From the NCBI RefSeq assembly GCF_040938485.1, contig NW_027273089.1, positions 1 to 64,000 on the forward strand: 64,000 nt of DNA. Direction: 5' to 3'. Shown here one piece after another: positions 50,901-61,575 of this stretch (position 1 is its first letter; each line of letters opens with the position of its first letter). Under the pieces are notes generated by a model. It was given only the letters and a program-made list of their open reading frames with translations, searched no databases and was not told the DNA's origin. A program made the translations under genes and the position numbers. The DNA is from Diadema antillarum. Taxonomy: Eukaryota.

Positions 50901-53900
50901 ATTTTCTTCTAATAACATCTACCACAAACACAAGTAGCGTCAGACGATTTAGACCTTATGTGGAACGGAAATACAGCATATTTCACAGCGTTCAGCGGAT
51001 ATTCACGCATTCGAAACTACAGCCACTGAGCTGAGCCAGTTCTAATACTACACATCAGCATCTTCACCCGCACGACCGTACGATCGTGAGCACGTAACTA
51101 CAGGAAACTATAGCCCGTGAAATGCTTATAGAACGAAAAGAACTTATCTATGCTTTCAATGTACGTTAATTAATTGAAGCTGTTAATAATTCACGCAAAA
51201 TACCATCATTTTAACGGCCAAAACGTATTAGTCGACTTCATTTTTACCAATACTCACCGGTGGAGCAGCAACAGGCAGGGAGCAGACGACTGAGAGCTAC
51301 GCTGACTAGACGCGCGTTCCGTTTTTTCGGGGAAATACCGGAAATTAGGCTCGTCCATGACAATTCGTTCCGATTGCGCGTTTATCAATCACACGCAAGT
51401 TGCAATCAAACGCAAGTCTTTTCTAGCAACGGCGCGCAAGTATCCTACGCAAGTTGCGTGAGATACTTGCGTAGGATGTGAGTTGCGTTTAAACGCAATT
51501 TGAGTTTCTTGCAACGGGGCCCTGATCATAAAGTTTCTGATGATTTTGTTTCATTTTGTTTTTTGTTTTTATTTTTACTTTTGCTTAGTTTTTTTTTTTT
51601 TTTTTTTTTTTTTGCTTGTACTTTTCTAAAGATTATACAGATGCCTTGTTTCTTGGGATCACTGTGGGTTTCATACACATAAAGCTGTCTTCACCGCAAT
51701 GTCTCTATTTCTCATATACCTTGAATGACCTTCCAAGGTGTACATCATTTCTGCAGAAATCTGTAAAGCAAACAAAAACATGATTGAAGGGGGAAGGGGT
51801 GAAATAAACATTATTCCTCTGAACTCACAGAACTCTTCAATGATTCTTGTGGAGGCATAAGTACAAGATGAGGATCTCAAGCAAACTACAGCAATCATTG
51901 ATCAAAACCCTGATACATCAAATTTGAAGGGTGAAGAAAATAAATACTGTAGTCGTTCTATGGTCACACACCCATACAATAAACACATACCAATGTATAA
52001 AGTAACATACAAACAACATTACAGGCACATAAACATACAAATGCATACACACATACATGTGCATTCAAACATATATGCATACATATATATTTACATATTT
52101 GTGGGTTTGTATAGGATATTCTCTTAATAAAAAAGGCAGCAAGAAATGCTCTCCTGGATTTCAAAGTTTCAGCTGAGTTTTAGGACATCACAAGTCTCCG
52201 TCATGAGCCTAAAATCGATGAACAACCAAGTCCAAAATAAGATCTTTAATTACTTTTGTTCTTCTTTTAAAAAAAATAAAACTAGTCTGAAGCTAGTCTA
52301 CTCTGACTTTGCTGAGATGCTTACTGGGTTCCAGAGTATGACTAATTTGTCCACAGCTCTGTAGAGAAAAAGGAGAAAAAAGATTTAGTGTGCAGATATT
52401 ATACAACTCCTGGGAAGTCTCTCATGCAACTCATTAGCAAACATCGAATCACATTAAAAAAATATCAATAAATTTCAGGTAAATATTGCCTGACAACTTG
52501 CCTGTTTTCAATTTTATCAAACAGATGTAGACTTATCCAGGCCCTGCTGTTTTAAATGGTCAAGGTATCTTGTGTGATTGCAAGGCATTATTATCTATGA
52601 GCAATCTCTTTCTTTCGTTGGTTTTATTATAAGACAGTCAATGACTTAACATGTATTCACTTGGCTTAAAACTGGGTAAGAAGGTATCAATTGCATCTTC
52701 TTGCTTAAAGTCTCTCTCTATCTTTCTATACATATGTAACTATATATCTATTTATCTATCCATCTATCAATCTATCTATCTCTTAGTTCCAACCTGCACT
52801 TTGTGTTTATCCCCGCATTCATATTAGGCCCCGTGTTGAGGGGACAGTCACCAACGATGTTATCTTTTTTATGACTGACCGTCCACATGGCTATCTGGAC
52901 TGTCCCCGAGCTGTGGGGGGCAGTTAGGGCTTGGAGCGAGCTCTGCCACTTGAAACCAGGCATTGGGCACATGCATATTTGATGAACACAGCTGGATGCT
53001 ATCAATATACTGTGCCCTAAGGTAACTCTACCTTCCAAATCTTGGCCCCAGACTCGACTTGCTTCGAGGGGACAAGGGGACAATTCCCAGTGAGCGTTCA
53101 CATTATGGTTTTGGAGGAGAAAGTCCCACAGTGTGGGACTTATCCCCGCATCACGGGGATTAATGTGAATGCAGGGTACGTGACTGTCGCTAGATATCAA
53201 TGGAAATGAGCTTCGTCTTCAATACTTTAACCACACCGATCTCATTTTTTCAACACGGCAGATCTTACCCCGATGCTAGCAAGTGCCCATCTGCAGAGAA
53301 GGCTACTGATTGGACGGTTGCCGAATGACCCGTCAGGTCACACCGCAGCTTGGTGGAACACACTGAAAAAAAAAATAATAATAATCACAGACATCATCAA
53401 AAATTGGGAGTGCAGATCCTGAATGAAAGGGAGACAGCACAATATCCCTAAATATATTGTTATTATCAGTACAGTATGTATCACTTTAATAATTCACACA
53501 TCAATCTCGTCAGAATTGGTACCTTGAATGATTACATAGCAATGACATAAACACTTTTGAAGGCACACTTGCATCCATAGAGGAATTTCACATATCTTAA
53601 TACTGCTAAGTTAGAATAGCACCTTGATCAAAAGAAATATCCTATGAATTCAATGAATGATTAGCACAAAATGTACAATTATCTGTATTGAAAGTCTTTA
53701 ATTTATTCATTTTATTGTGAATCGGAATGTATATTAATACATATATATATATATTTTTTTTTTAAAACAACAGTCCTAACTTTGTGAATTATTTTGTGGC
53801 ATCTTAAAATAAAATTCAACACATAATATACCAACTAATGCTGGGATATCAAAGCTGAAAACATCCCAGTGCATTTTCAAAGACCTTGCTGCTAATGTCT

Positions 53901-56900
53901 CTGGCTCTACCAAGTAGTCAATCACATCACCACGACTTATTGTTGCAATTAGTCAAGCACTTACCAGGCGCAGTGTCCAGGTCCCAGAGTCTGACCAAGT
54001 TGTCTCCGCATGTGGCCAACATGAAGTAGGTCCGGAGCCCAAGAGCCTCTCTCATTGCTGGGTCTATTCAGAGAAAAACATGACGACGACTTGAAGTGTA
54101 ATACAAAACTGCCAAAGCAATTCAGAACTTAGCAACTGTAACATTGAATCCTGAACACTTGGTACATAGGGATTAAAATTCACAGTGAGAGCAAAATCAA
54201 GGCATCGAAGTGAAAACATGGTGACATATCACAACATGAACAATTCTAAGGGATGAATAGTTAATGTGAGTCACACAAACACTCTTGGTTATTCCTTAGA
54301 TACATTCAAGTACATTTGTATAGAGAATATATGAAGTAGCATAGATACATATATTCAAAGAGGATGAACAATTAGACAATTAAATCTAACTAGATTTTTC
54401 ACAGAGCATGTTATTTCTACTTAACTGCTTTCATTAAAAAATGTTTTTCTCTTTGTGAAACATAAACTTAATAAGTGCTTGCACATGGGTCGGGGCAATT
54501 ACCTCCTGGATAATTACCCCAGACCCTTCCCCTGACCATAACCCTTATCCTGATCCTGAACCTACTCCTAACTCTAACCCTTAACCTAACCCTTACCTTT
54601 ACTCTAACCTTATCACTAACCAGTATTTAGCTGTGGGAGGGGGGGGGGGGGGTAATTATTCTCTGGGGGTAATTGCCCTGATATGTTGCACATGTGTGTG
54701 CTCATTTGTAATGACTTATGTAGGTTGGCATGAATTCAGATGAAGACTACTGATACTTAACAAATACATAAGATTCTCAATACTGGCATCTCATTCCCTC
54801 CTCATATTAATCATTATAACACTGTTCTACAGAACTGTAGTGATTTTCATGTTTAAGCACAAAAAACGTCAAGGGAATCTTCCATCAAAAATCAAAAGGA
54901 GAACAAGTAAATTATCTTCCTCAGAAAAAAAAGTGTCCTGTAGACATGTATATGTTCTTCACTGGTGACTTTATTTTTGGTGATTATTCTTGAACTACCT
55001 GGTGTCCATATAATTTACATTAGGAATATACCACTTTTTATGGTCAAGGCTTACTTGCTGAAGCAAAGGTGGGTGAAATCGCCAGACCAGAAATTGCCAG
55101 GTCATGGCAGTCTGGGTCATAGTAGAGACATTTGCCCTGGCCATGAAGGGCATCCCATATGCGCAGGTCACCACAGGTTGACCCCGAGATCACATGAGCA
55201 CCGTTGGGGGTGAACGCACAAGCCATGATCACGTTGTCGTGACCGGCCATTTTTCTACAGACGAACACAAGGTACAAACAGAAAGATCGCACTTACTGAG
55301 ATTCTGAATGACTGGTTCTGATACAGCTACCCTCCAACTCCTCTAGTGAGTGAGCAGTCTTTGTTCATGGTGAAAGCATGCATGCAGTACATTTTGTTTG
55401 CAAAGAAAACCAACATGGAACTAATTGATTATGAATGAATTATGGATATTGCCACAACTGAAGAAAAGACAGAGAACTCTCCTGGCATCGCAAAGTATCA
55501 GTTCATAAAAAGACTCGTTTGGTGTAAAAATACAATGCAATGCATCCAACAACCAGGGACAGTCTAATGACATTCATTTGAAGTAGGAAAATTAGTTGTT
55601 TTTGAGAAACTTTCTAATTTTCTCATGTCAGGATAGGGTCAGCAATTTTTTTTTTCTATAGATAAAATGTTCATTGATCACTGCAAATATTATTTGTGTG
55701 TGATAAGAAGAGCAAACTTAATAGTTTTGTTGACTTGGTCTTTGCAGTCACATTATTGCATAATCCACCACGAGTTATCACTGTAAGTGCATACAGGTAT
55801 GTGTACAATATGAGTATGGTAAACTTCCATGATGCATGTTTGTGCAGTGTATGTATTCTATGCAGAGTGTTGTTTTTCCTGGCAGTTCGATGCTCACTAT
55901 ATTTTAATGTCGCTGTTCTGGCAGTGCACTCACAAATTTTGAGCATGAGAGAGTATTATCTGATGACTATTACATAACTACAATGTATTCAGTGTCTGGG
56001 CCCTTTTGCACCTGGAACATTATAAATGACTATAATTGTTTAGGATACAAGTGCTGTGAGACACTTAAAAAAACAACAACAAAATATCCAAAACAAAGTA
56101 ACTATAACAACCAAAACAGACATAGCTGCAGGAATGTATCCAAACAATTCAGTTTCCCAGGGTCTGACATCAAGTCAGTCAATCATCCACTTCAGTTTGA
56201 TTACATGTGAGAGCAAGAGCATGCCTTCGACACACGGATGCGTAGAACCGTCCGAGTGAATGCCGTGATACATCTGATGAAGTCAGTGCACGCAAAACCT
56301 CACCTTATGCACGTCTTTTTACTGAGGTCCCAGAGACACAGCATGTTGTCCGCCCCACCGCTGACGAGGAACTGGGAGTCTGGGGAGAAGGCGCACACTC
56401 TGACGATGGGTTTGTTCTCATGCTCAAACACAGCCAGCGTCTCGCCACTGGTGGTGTCCCAGACGATCACTCTCCCGTCAGTTGAGCATGATGCAAGCTT
56501 GGTACCAAAGGAGCTGAAAGTGGTATATGGCATGACATCAATATTACTATACTGTACAAATACATGGGTCACTTTTTTGTGTGTGTGAGGTGACTGATAA
56601 TCACGGAAGTACATCTCAATATTTCGTTTTCCTTCACTGTGGTTCTCGATCACAAATTCCACCTCTCACAAAATAGCCTTATAAGCCCCAATTCACAAAA
56701 TACGGTATTACTGCCATGGAATATCAATGGTAAATATTCTTCAGAACAGATCCAGTTAGGCATGCCTTGAGATGTACAGCAGTCTACTCATCGATTGATC
56801 TACACAATTACCAGCCTTACTCCCTCCTTGCTCTTCTTGGGAAAACCTGACACAAAGAGTTAGATTTTTTAACACTTCAGTCTACAGACTTAGTAAAGTA

Positions 56901-57465
56901 TTGAAGCTAATTACTTTACATCATTAACAGTGTAAAGAATTGCATGCTACATATGTACAAGGAGATATTCACTCAGTGCTGCATAAATGGAATACCTTTG
57001 CCATAATGAACAGATTCATGAACTTGTCACGAGTCCGCTTTTAGTACATCAGCAATTAATTTTACATTGTTCTAAATGTCAGACAATAAATTAAAATTAG
57101 CCATAACAATGATGGCATAGAATTCACTGCAAGAGTGAAGTAAATGCCACAATGACAAAATACTCTGTGCTCTGATTACTGAATTATGCTTTGAATAGTT
57201 GAACGAAAAATTTTGCCTTCAAAACAAACCTCATCTTTAATCTGTAATGCCATTTTTCACGAGAAAACAGTGCTTACCTGAAGGTGCACCAGTGCACATA
57301 GTAAGAGTGGCCCAGGAGAGGTGAGAATGATAGTTCTTCAAAGGTCTGAGAATTCCACAGTCTCACTGACTTATCACCTGAGCAGGTGGAAAGGAGACTG
57401 GCAGAGAATGCACAGCAATTCACATCCTTGGAGTGTGAAGACAGCGTATGGATGAGGGTCGCCAT
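27580..57465 (-). CDS. WDSUB1: WD repeat, SAM and U-box domain-containing protein 1
   Basis: 12 exons on -: 57465-57278, 56513-56304, 55254-55055, 54063-53965, 53362-53269, 52358-52325, 51760-51720, 33339-33224, 31799-31569, 30158-30069, 29394-29323, 27728-27580. Phases are consistent; 1524 nt = 507 aa + stop. WD40 repeats (HSKDVNCCAFS...VRLWN, GHDNVIMACAFTP, GHSATVQSVAFS, GHSRYVTSVSFSP), SAM (EWTVDAVCEWLSSIGLEEY...IDGEEL...LGHRQKIL) and U-box ([33 protein letters not shown]...TSPMTN...PNRSLK). This domain order is diagnostic. Confidence 0.95.
27880..28432. mobile_element. Non-autonomous TTAA-type DNA transposon (Kolobok-like ends)
   Basis: TTAA|AGGACAAGTTCACCTT ... AAGGTGGACTTGTCCT|TAA; a second copy lies at 42080-42637. 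Confidence 0.65.
28867..29246. mobile_element. Inverted copy of the 3551-3943 family
   Basis: TTAA|AGGGATGGTACAG start; internal similarity to the reverse complement of 3551-3943. Confidence 0.6.
30402..30815. mobile_element. hAT-like MITE
   Basis: TIR CAGGGCTCCACACTAAC / GTTAGTGTCGAGCCCTG, flanking CTTTATA direct repeat, internal GGTGGCCC repeats. A related element lies at 19301-19542. Confidence 0.7.
32659..32909. mobile_element. TA-flanked MITE (Tc1/mariner-type)
   Basis: About 30-bp TIR ATCGTCGCTGGGGYGATAAGACCTTGTATCT, inserted at a (TA)n tract. Confidence 0.7.
34299..34453. repeat. Left subterminal array of the 16-bp palindrome TTGCGTTTAAACGCAA
   Basis: Perfect copies at 34299, 34356, 34390 and 34408, plus degenerate or half copies near 34326, 34429 and 34446. 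One perfect copy at the right end (51483-51498). Confidence 0.9.
34497..38630 (+). CDS. Harbinger/HARBI1-family DDE transposase, 4 exons, 352 aa, no stops or frameshifts
   Basis: Exons 34497-34865, 36784-37050, 37533-37669, 38345-38630 (1059 nt), all GT-AG with phases 0,0,2. Motifs: YRFSR, LQVLIALNFMATGS, HRSTVSR, GFPRVVSVIDCTH, YINRKG, NVQLACD, ARWPGSTHDSRIF, LLGDSGYP, LMTP, YNHAHVHTRSIIE, KFRCL, ACVLFN. Confidence 0.93.
39125..41050. repeat. Diverged direct duplication (39125-39690 ~ 40481-41050)
   Basis: Shared AAAATGGATTGAAAGTAA.CTTGTCAAATT, CTCTATGGGAGTG, CACCATCTTG.GTAGGTAAATT and GGTCAAATATACTTCATTC blocks, offset ~1355 bp. Confidence 0.7.
42080..42637. mobile_element. Diverged second copy of the 27880-28432 family, nested in the Harbinger spacer
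   Basis: Same 5' end TTAA|AGGACAAGTTCACCTTCATA, collinear body, degenerate 3' end AACTTGTCC. Confidence 0.65.
42905..48755 (-). CDS. Harbinger accessory Myb/SANT-like DNA-binding protein, 256 aa
   Basis: ATG is the last codon of micro-exon 48777-48753, followed by exons 47887-47768, 46853-46706, 43823-43708, 43288-42905 (771 coding nt, phases 0,0,1,0). Protein: MEDLSRRRRRNWTDREAMALCQFVGRHKSALFGK...KKRYWRKAT...REEEEVRRKWQDLKQR...ATGGGS, then a Pro/Thr-rich linker and a C-terminal heptad segment LVALERERLIILRQQNSHLERIANSL. Three spaced Trp residues and the TGGG motif fit the Harbinger Myb-like family. Confidence 0.88.
44385..45205. repeat. Diverged ~180-205-bp tandem repeat (4 copies) in a Myb-gene intron
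   Basis: TTGCTTCRATTCATYTGGGACTAAT recurs at ~44463, 44640, 44844 and 45047. Confidence 0.8.
46205..46442. repeat. Small element made of GGTTCGTTATTCCGAA repeats with inverted end
   Basis: Multiple ~16-bp copies; the 3' end reads TTCGGAATAACGAGC. Confidence 0.6.
49185..49550 (+). mobile_element. CR1-clade LINE 3' fragment inside the Harbinger (Myb gene 5' intron)
   Basis: ESIQRRTTEMIPGMRHLSY...KRGDRIDVYKYL...RTRGHSMKL...KYFFS matches the CR1 ORF2 C-terminal signature. Confidence 0.8.
51258..51330 (-). other. Candidate non-coding first exon of the Myb/SANT gene
   Basis: Strong donor CCG|GTGAGT on - at 51258/51257, in a CpG-rich stretch just inside the right subterminal region. The 5' boundary is approximate. 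Confidence 0.5.
54493..54680 (-). repeat. Inverted copy of the 18446-18650 element
   Basis: CCCTAA/CCTAAC-like run, ...CTTATCACTAACCAGTATTTAGC, GGGTAATTGCCC ends. Confidence 0.7.
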
Positions 57466-57471
57466 GACAAC
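57458..57471. promoter_or_regulatory. RFX X-box-like palindrome overlapping the WDSUB1 start codon
   Basis: GTCGCCATGACAAC versus consensus GTTNCCATGGNAAC. Confidence 0.35.
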
Positions 57472-58343
57472 GGAAACTCAAAGCAGATATGATATCTGGT
57501 TAGCTGCAAGGATCTTCGAGGCGGGGTATGAATTACCCAGTCAGGGGGCTTCTTCCTTTTTTGCTCTCTCCAGAGATTTCCGTCAAATCAGGAGGACTAT
57601 AAATAGCTGTGAGATGAAGAGAAACTCCAAGAATCAATAATACAATGCATGCTGAGGGATGTCACATTTGTAGTCTCGTAATCATAATTGTATTTTTGAT
57701 CCTTCATTCAGTTTTATTCTGGTGCTAGCAAGAATCAAACTGTCAAAATACTGGAGGAATTTTGCAGTAAAAATTTCTTCTTGTCATAACTAAATTGCCA
57801 TCTCTGAATTTCACTGCATACCTAATACAACCAAACCTACCAAGCACAACCAAAGACGAATTACAGTAAACAAGCCCTCACGTGCCGAGAAGCGAAACTA
57901 TGGAATGAACTCTGATTATCCAGAGTCCGCACCTGTATCAATCTCATCATTTAAATGCTATTTGAATAGTGATTCTGCTTGGGTGAATCAATTAGCATAT
58001 AAATCATATTCTCCACGAAATATACACCAAATGAAATCTTCTATAGTACCGGTATTATTGGTTATGACTCGCCTCTTTTTTCACCGTGTTTCTTTAGCTG
58101 TCCCTTCTTTTCCTGCTTGTTTTTCTTTGTTTAAGTGTATGTTTGAGGTTTTTTTCCGTATAGCCATTTCTAGTACTAGGCCCCCTACTCGCATGATACA
58201 GGTTATATCTTGATTTTAAATTTTTAGTATTCAAAATTAACGTTTTCATTGCATTTATTTCTTGTGTGTGTGTGTATAATTTAACCCATTGAGGACAGTT
58301 TGATTTTGCTACAACACACATTTCCCATAGGCATAGACACCCG

Positions 58344-58512
58344 GGGGGGTGTTTCACAAAGCCGTTCTTAAAGTTAAGAAGGACTGAAGTGCGACTGGTA
58401 ATCAGTTCTTGTGTGCTATACATATTAGAATCTCAATAATTCAGCACAAGAACTGATCACCAGTTGCACTTAAGTCCTTCTTAACTTAAGAACGGCTTTG
58501 TGAAACACCCCC
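58344..58512. mobile_element. MITE of the same family as 25808-25976
   Basis: TIRs GGGGGTGTTTCACAAAGCCGTTCTTAA / TTAAGAACGGCTTTGTGAAACACCCCC; shares the core AATTCAGCACAAGAACTGATCACCAGTTGC. TSD imperfect. Confidence 0.75.
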
Positions 58513-59231
58513 CTGCCTGACTATAGTATACTCGGACTCAAATCAGAGCTCGGGGGACTTGTCTCAGTGAAACAATGCTGAATGAACGTCTTAAATAATT
58601 TGGGTGGTTTTTTTGTTTGTTTGGTTGTTTTTTTTTGTACTGCAAGGACCCCTTTGAAATGAAAATCAGCCTTAACTATGGCTGAGTGAAAGAGCAATCC
58701 TTGTTCCAATGAAAAATTACTGGAGCGGAGGGGTGCATTTTAAAGGCGGAAGGGGAATTTGGAAAACTCATTTTAAATCTAACTTTTTTTTTGTTGGTTA
58801 GACACCGGAATTGGAAAGAAATTCATTGAGAAAGAAAGAGGAAGAGGTACTTTGGGCAGTAATTTCAATAATCACTCAAAAATTTAACATCGCGTCTTGT
58901 TTGTACCAATGCACATCACAGTCACGTCCAACACTCAGTACAGAACAAACGTCAAGTGATCAGCTGATCGTTCCATGGTCCCATGTACTCAATGCCATGC
59001 TGGTAAAGAAGGCAGCACTTAGGTTACATAACACTACACTGCTAGCTGTGCTCTGATCTAGGGTCCACTCCAGCATCCAGATCCAGTGCAGTTGTACACT
59101 AGCCACAGTCCCAGTTCTCGCTCAGGTTAGGGCAAGAGCTGAGGATAAGTTTGCTACAATCTACAGCATCATAACCTAGCTAGACCTACAACATAAAAAA
59201 ATAGAAGATTGTCATGTGTTTTTGTACTTAC

Positions 59232-59420
59232 GGAACAATAAATCGAAGAATCATTCACGAGCACGATCCTCCTTCCGGCCTGTATGATGCGCACGTACCG
59301 CGTACTCTACACATCATCACACATGCACAGCTAGCAGAACGCTTCTAGTCGAGTCGGTGATAATCCCATGACGTGACGTACGTGATCAATGCTACATGCT
59401 AGCTAGGAGGATCCTGTTCA
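59232..59420 (-). promoter_or_regulatory. Candidate WDSUB1 promoter and non-coding first exon
   Basis: Local CpG enrichment, TGACGTGACGT (CRE-like), CCGGAAG on - (ETS-like), donor TCC|GTAAGT at 59232/59231, and a possible acceptor ~40 nt upstream of the ATG near 57505. Confidence 0.45.
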
Positions 59421-59602
59421 AACTGTTCGCTGTCAATTTTCTGGGGATGAAAAAAAAAAAAAATCACAGCACGACAGGTGCATTTATACGTACCACGTAA
59501 GTACCTTTGATGATAAGGTTGATGCCCCTCGTTTGGAATTCTAAAGGTTCTCTGACATACAACATGTTGATTTGTATTGACTTATTGACATGATATACCC
59601 TC

Positions 59603-59892
59603 AACATCACTTTTGCAGTGAAACGAATATCCAGAATTAGAAACATTCCATATATTCTTAAATAATATTTCTTCTATTTTTCTTCAGATTACTTGCATAC
59701 GCCCCCAAAAAAACCCTTGCAAAACCGATATTCCTGTGGTGACTGACCTCATCTGTCAATCATAGCTAAAGTACTAAGGTACTGAAGTACTAAAGTACTA
59801 GTCTGAAGAAAAATAGAAGAAATTGAATTATTTAAGAATATAATAATGGAATGTTTAATTCTAGTTATTCGTTTCACTGCAACAGTGATGTT
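59603..59892. repeat. ~86-bp imperfect inverted repeat with ~113-bp spacer
   Basis: Arms 59603-59688 and 59802-59892; the spacer contains AAGTACT tandem copies. Confidence 0.75.
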
Positions 59893-61477
59893 GCGAGTCC
59901 ATCAAGGAGGTTTAACAATTGGAGTTCCAACTGGCTGTAATTATTCAAACAGTTGTCAGATTTCTATAGACGTACAAAAGAATTTCACAGGACTGGTGCA
60001 TTTGTTCCTTTGATGATCGATGTTCGAAGCCGCAGTCTTGCTGAGCAATCTGAAGATTCATTTTGAACGTTTACATAATATTGGCCATATTTTGCTTATT
60101 TATTTATTTATTAAATGAAACGAAATTTCAGTTAATGATAAAGCATGTAAAACAAAAATCAATCCCGTGCAGAAATTTGTGCAGAAGTGTAAATCGGAGC
60201 TGTATCAAGTGAAAATGTTTAAAACTGTACCATCCTGGAAAGCCGGTTTTATCACTTTTCCGCTTAATTCCAACAATTAAAACTGACCTGGAATAATCTT
60301 CAAATATAGTTCTTTATTGATAGATAAATCAGATTAATGCCCGGGTATGCCCAGTCGAGTAATTTTCATCTTTATTTCAGCATTTTTGCGCAATTTCTAT
60401 TCGCACATCCTCGTGTCTGCACCACCTACCTTGTATAAGAAGGGATAGCGAAAAGTAATTATCATCACAAAGACATATTTTCCTTAGAAAGTGGCCGGTG
60501 ATTGCAATGAGACACGAGTTGCTGTTGTCTTCCTATCTACGTGGCAGACCCTGTTTGGCACATGCTTCAAATATTTTTGAGCGGCGGCTTCGAACATCTA
60601 GCAAAGGAAATAAGACAGTTGTGACTCCATTCTCTTGAACCTCGATCCTTTGTATCATGAATCAACACAAATCAACATATGCATTTGTATGTCAGAGAAA
60701 CTCTAAAGTGGTCGGGTATATTCTGCATGTTTATTCTTTAAATGAAAATGAAATTTCATCTTATGATAAAACATAATTATGCAATAAAGCCATCCCAGTC
60801 CAGAAATATGCAAAATTGTAGAGAGCTGTCGTAGGGCCTATATGTTGTGATTTGTGTGTTTGTAATTAACTAAACTTTAGTTGTACCCTCCTGGAAAGCT
60901 GATTATATCGATCACTTTTCTGATAAATTCAAAAATAAAATATTGATTAGTTAGTGGTGATAAATAGGCCTGTATATTTTCTAGTAGGTCTATTCATTTA
61001 TGTTTTGGAAATAACCTTTAAAATATTGTGAATAGTTATTCTATTCTTGATGTATATCCTGATAGTGTCTAATGAGTACTTTCCCCAATACGCTGGTATT
61101 AATAGGGCCGACACCGGGGAACATAACATAATAAAAAAATTATGTCATTGTCATTGTCATTCTATACCGTATACGAAGGACACGCGGTCTCTCCTATAGA
61201 ATTGTGTGACTATCATTAGTTCTCACACAGTGCACTATTTTGAAAATGGCATAAACTGGTCGGATGCCATTTTCCGAATATTAGGCCTACCATGGCCATC
61301 CAGTATCAAACTGGTCACTGCATTTTGAAATAGCTGAAATACATTGGCAATAATCACGTAAAGCTCTTTCAACCATGCAATCACTATAGAGAATAAAATT
61401 TTTATCCCAAATATAAGTGTAGAGTGTAGTGTAGGTAGTAGGAGCAATAGGCCTTTTTATTATATACTTTTGTAAGC

Positions 61478-61575
61478 AGCTGCAGCAGCAGCAGTAGCAG
61501 CAGCAGAAGAAGAAGAAGATGATGATGATGATGAGGAGGAGGAGGAGGAGGGGCAAGAAAAAGAAGAACAACAAC
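61478..61575. repeat. Compound (GCA)(GAA)(GAT)(GAG) trinucleotide microsatellite
   Basis: Direct inspection. Confidence 0.9.

Larger units (their letters stand above)
34280..51521. mobile_element. Two-gene PIF/Harbinger DNA transposon, 17,242 bp, nested in WDSUB1 intron 7
   Basis: Left TIR GGCCCCGTTGCTAGAAACT (34280-34298); the right end reads GGCCCCGTTGCAAGAAACT on - (51521-51503), 18/19 identical. Both are followed by TTGCGTTTAAACGCAACT. CTG is duplicated at 34277-34279 and 51522-51524 (CWG TSD is known for Harbingers). Contains transposase and Myb/SANT genes. Confidence 0.92.

Noticed and set aside
52772-53200. 142-aa ORF in a WDSUB1 intron
   Set aside because: Lies within a MITE-like segment (CCCCGCATTCATATT / AATGTGAATGCAGGG ends); no protein motif.
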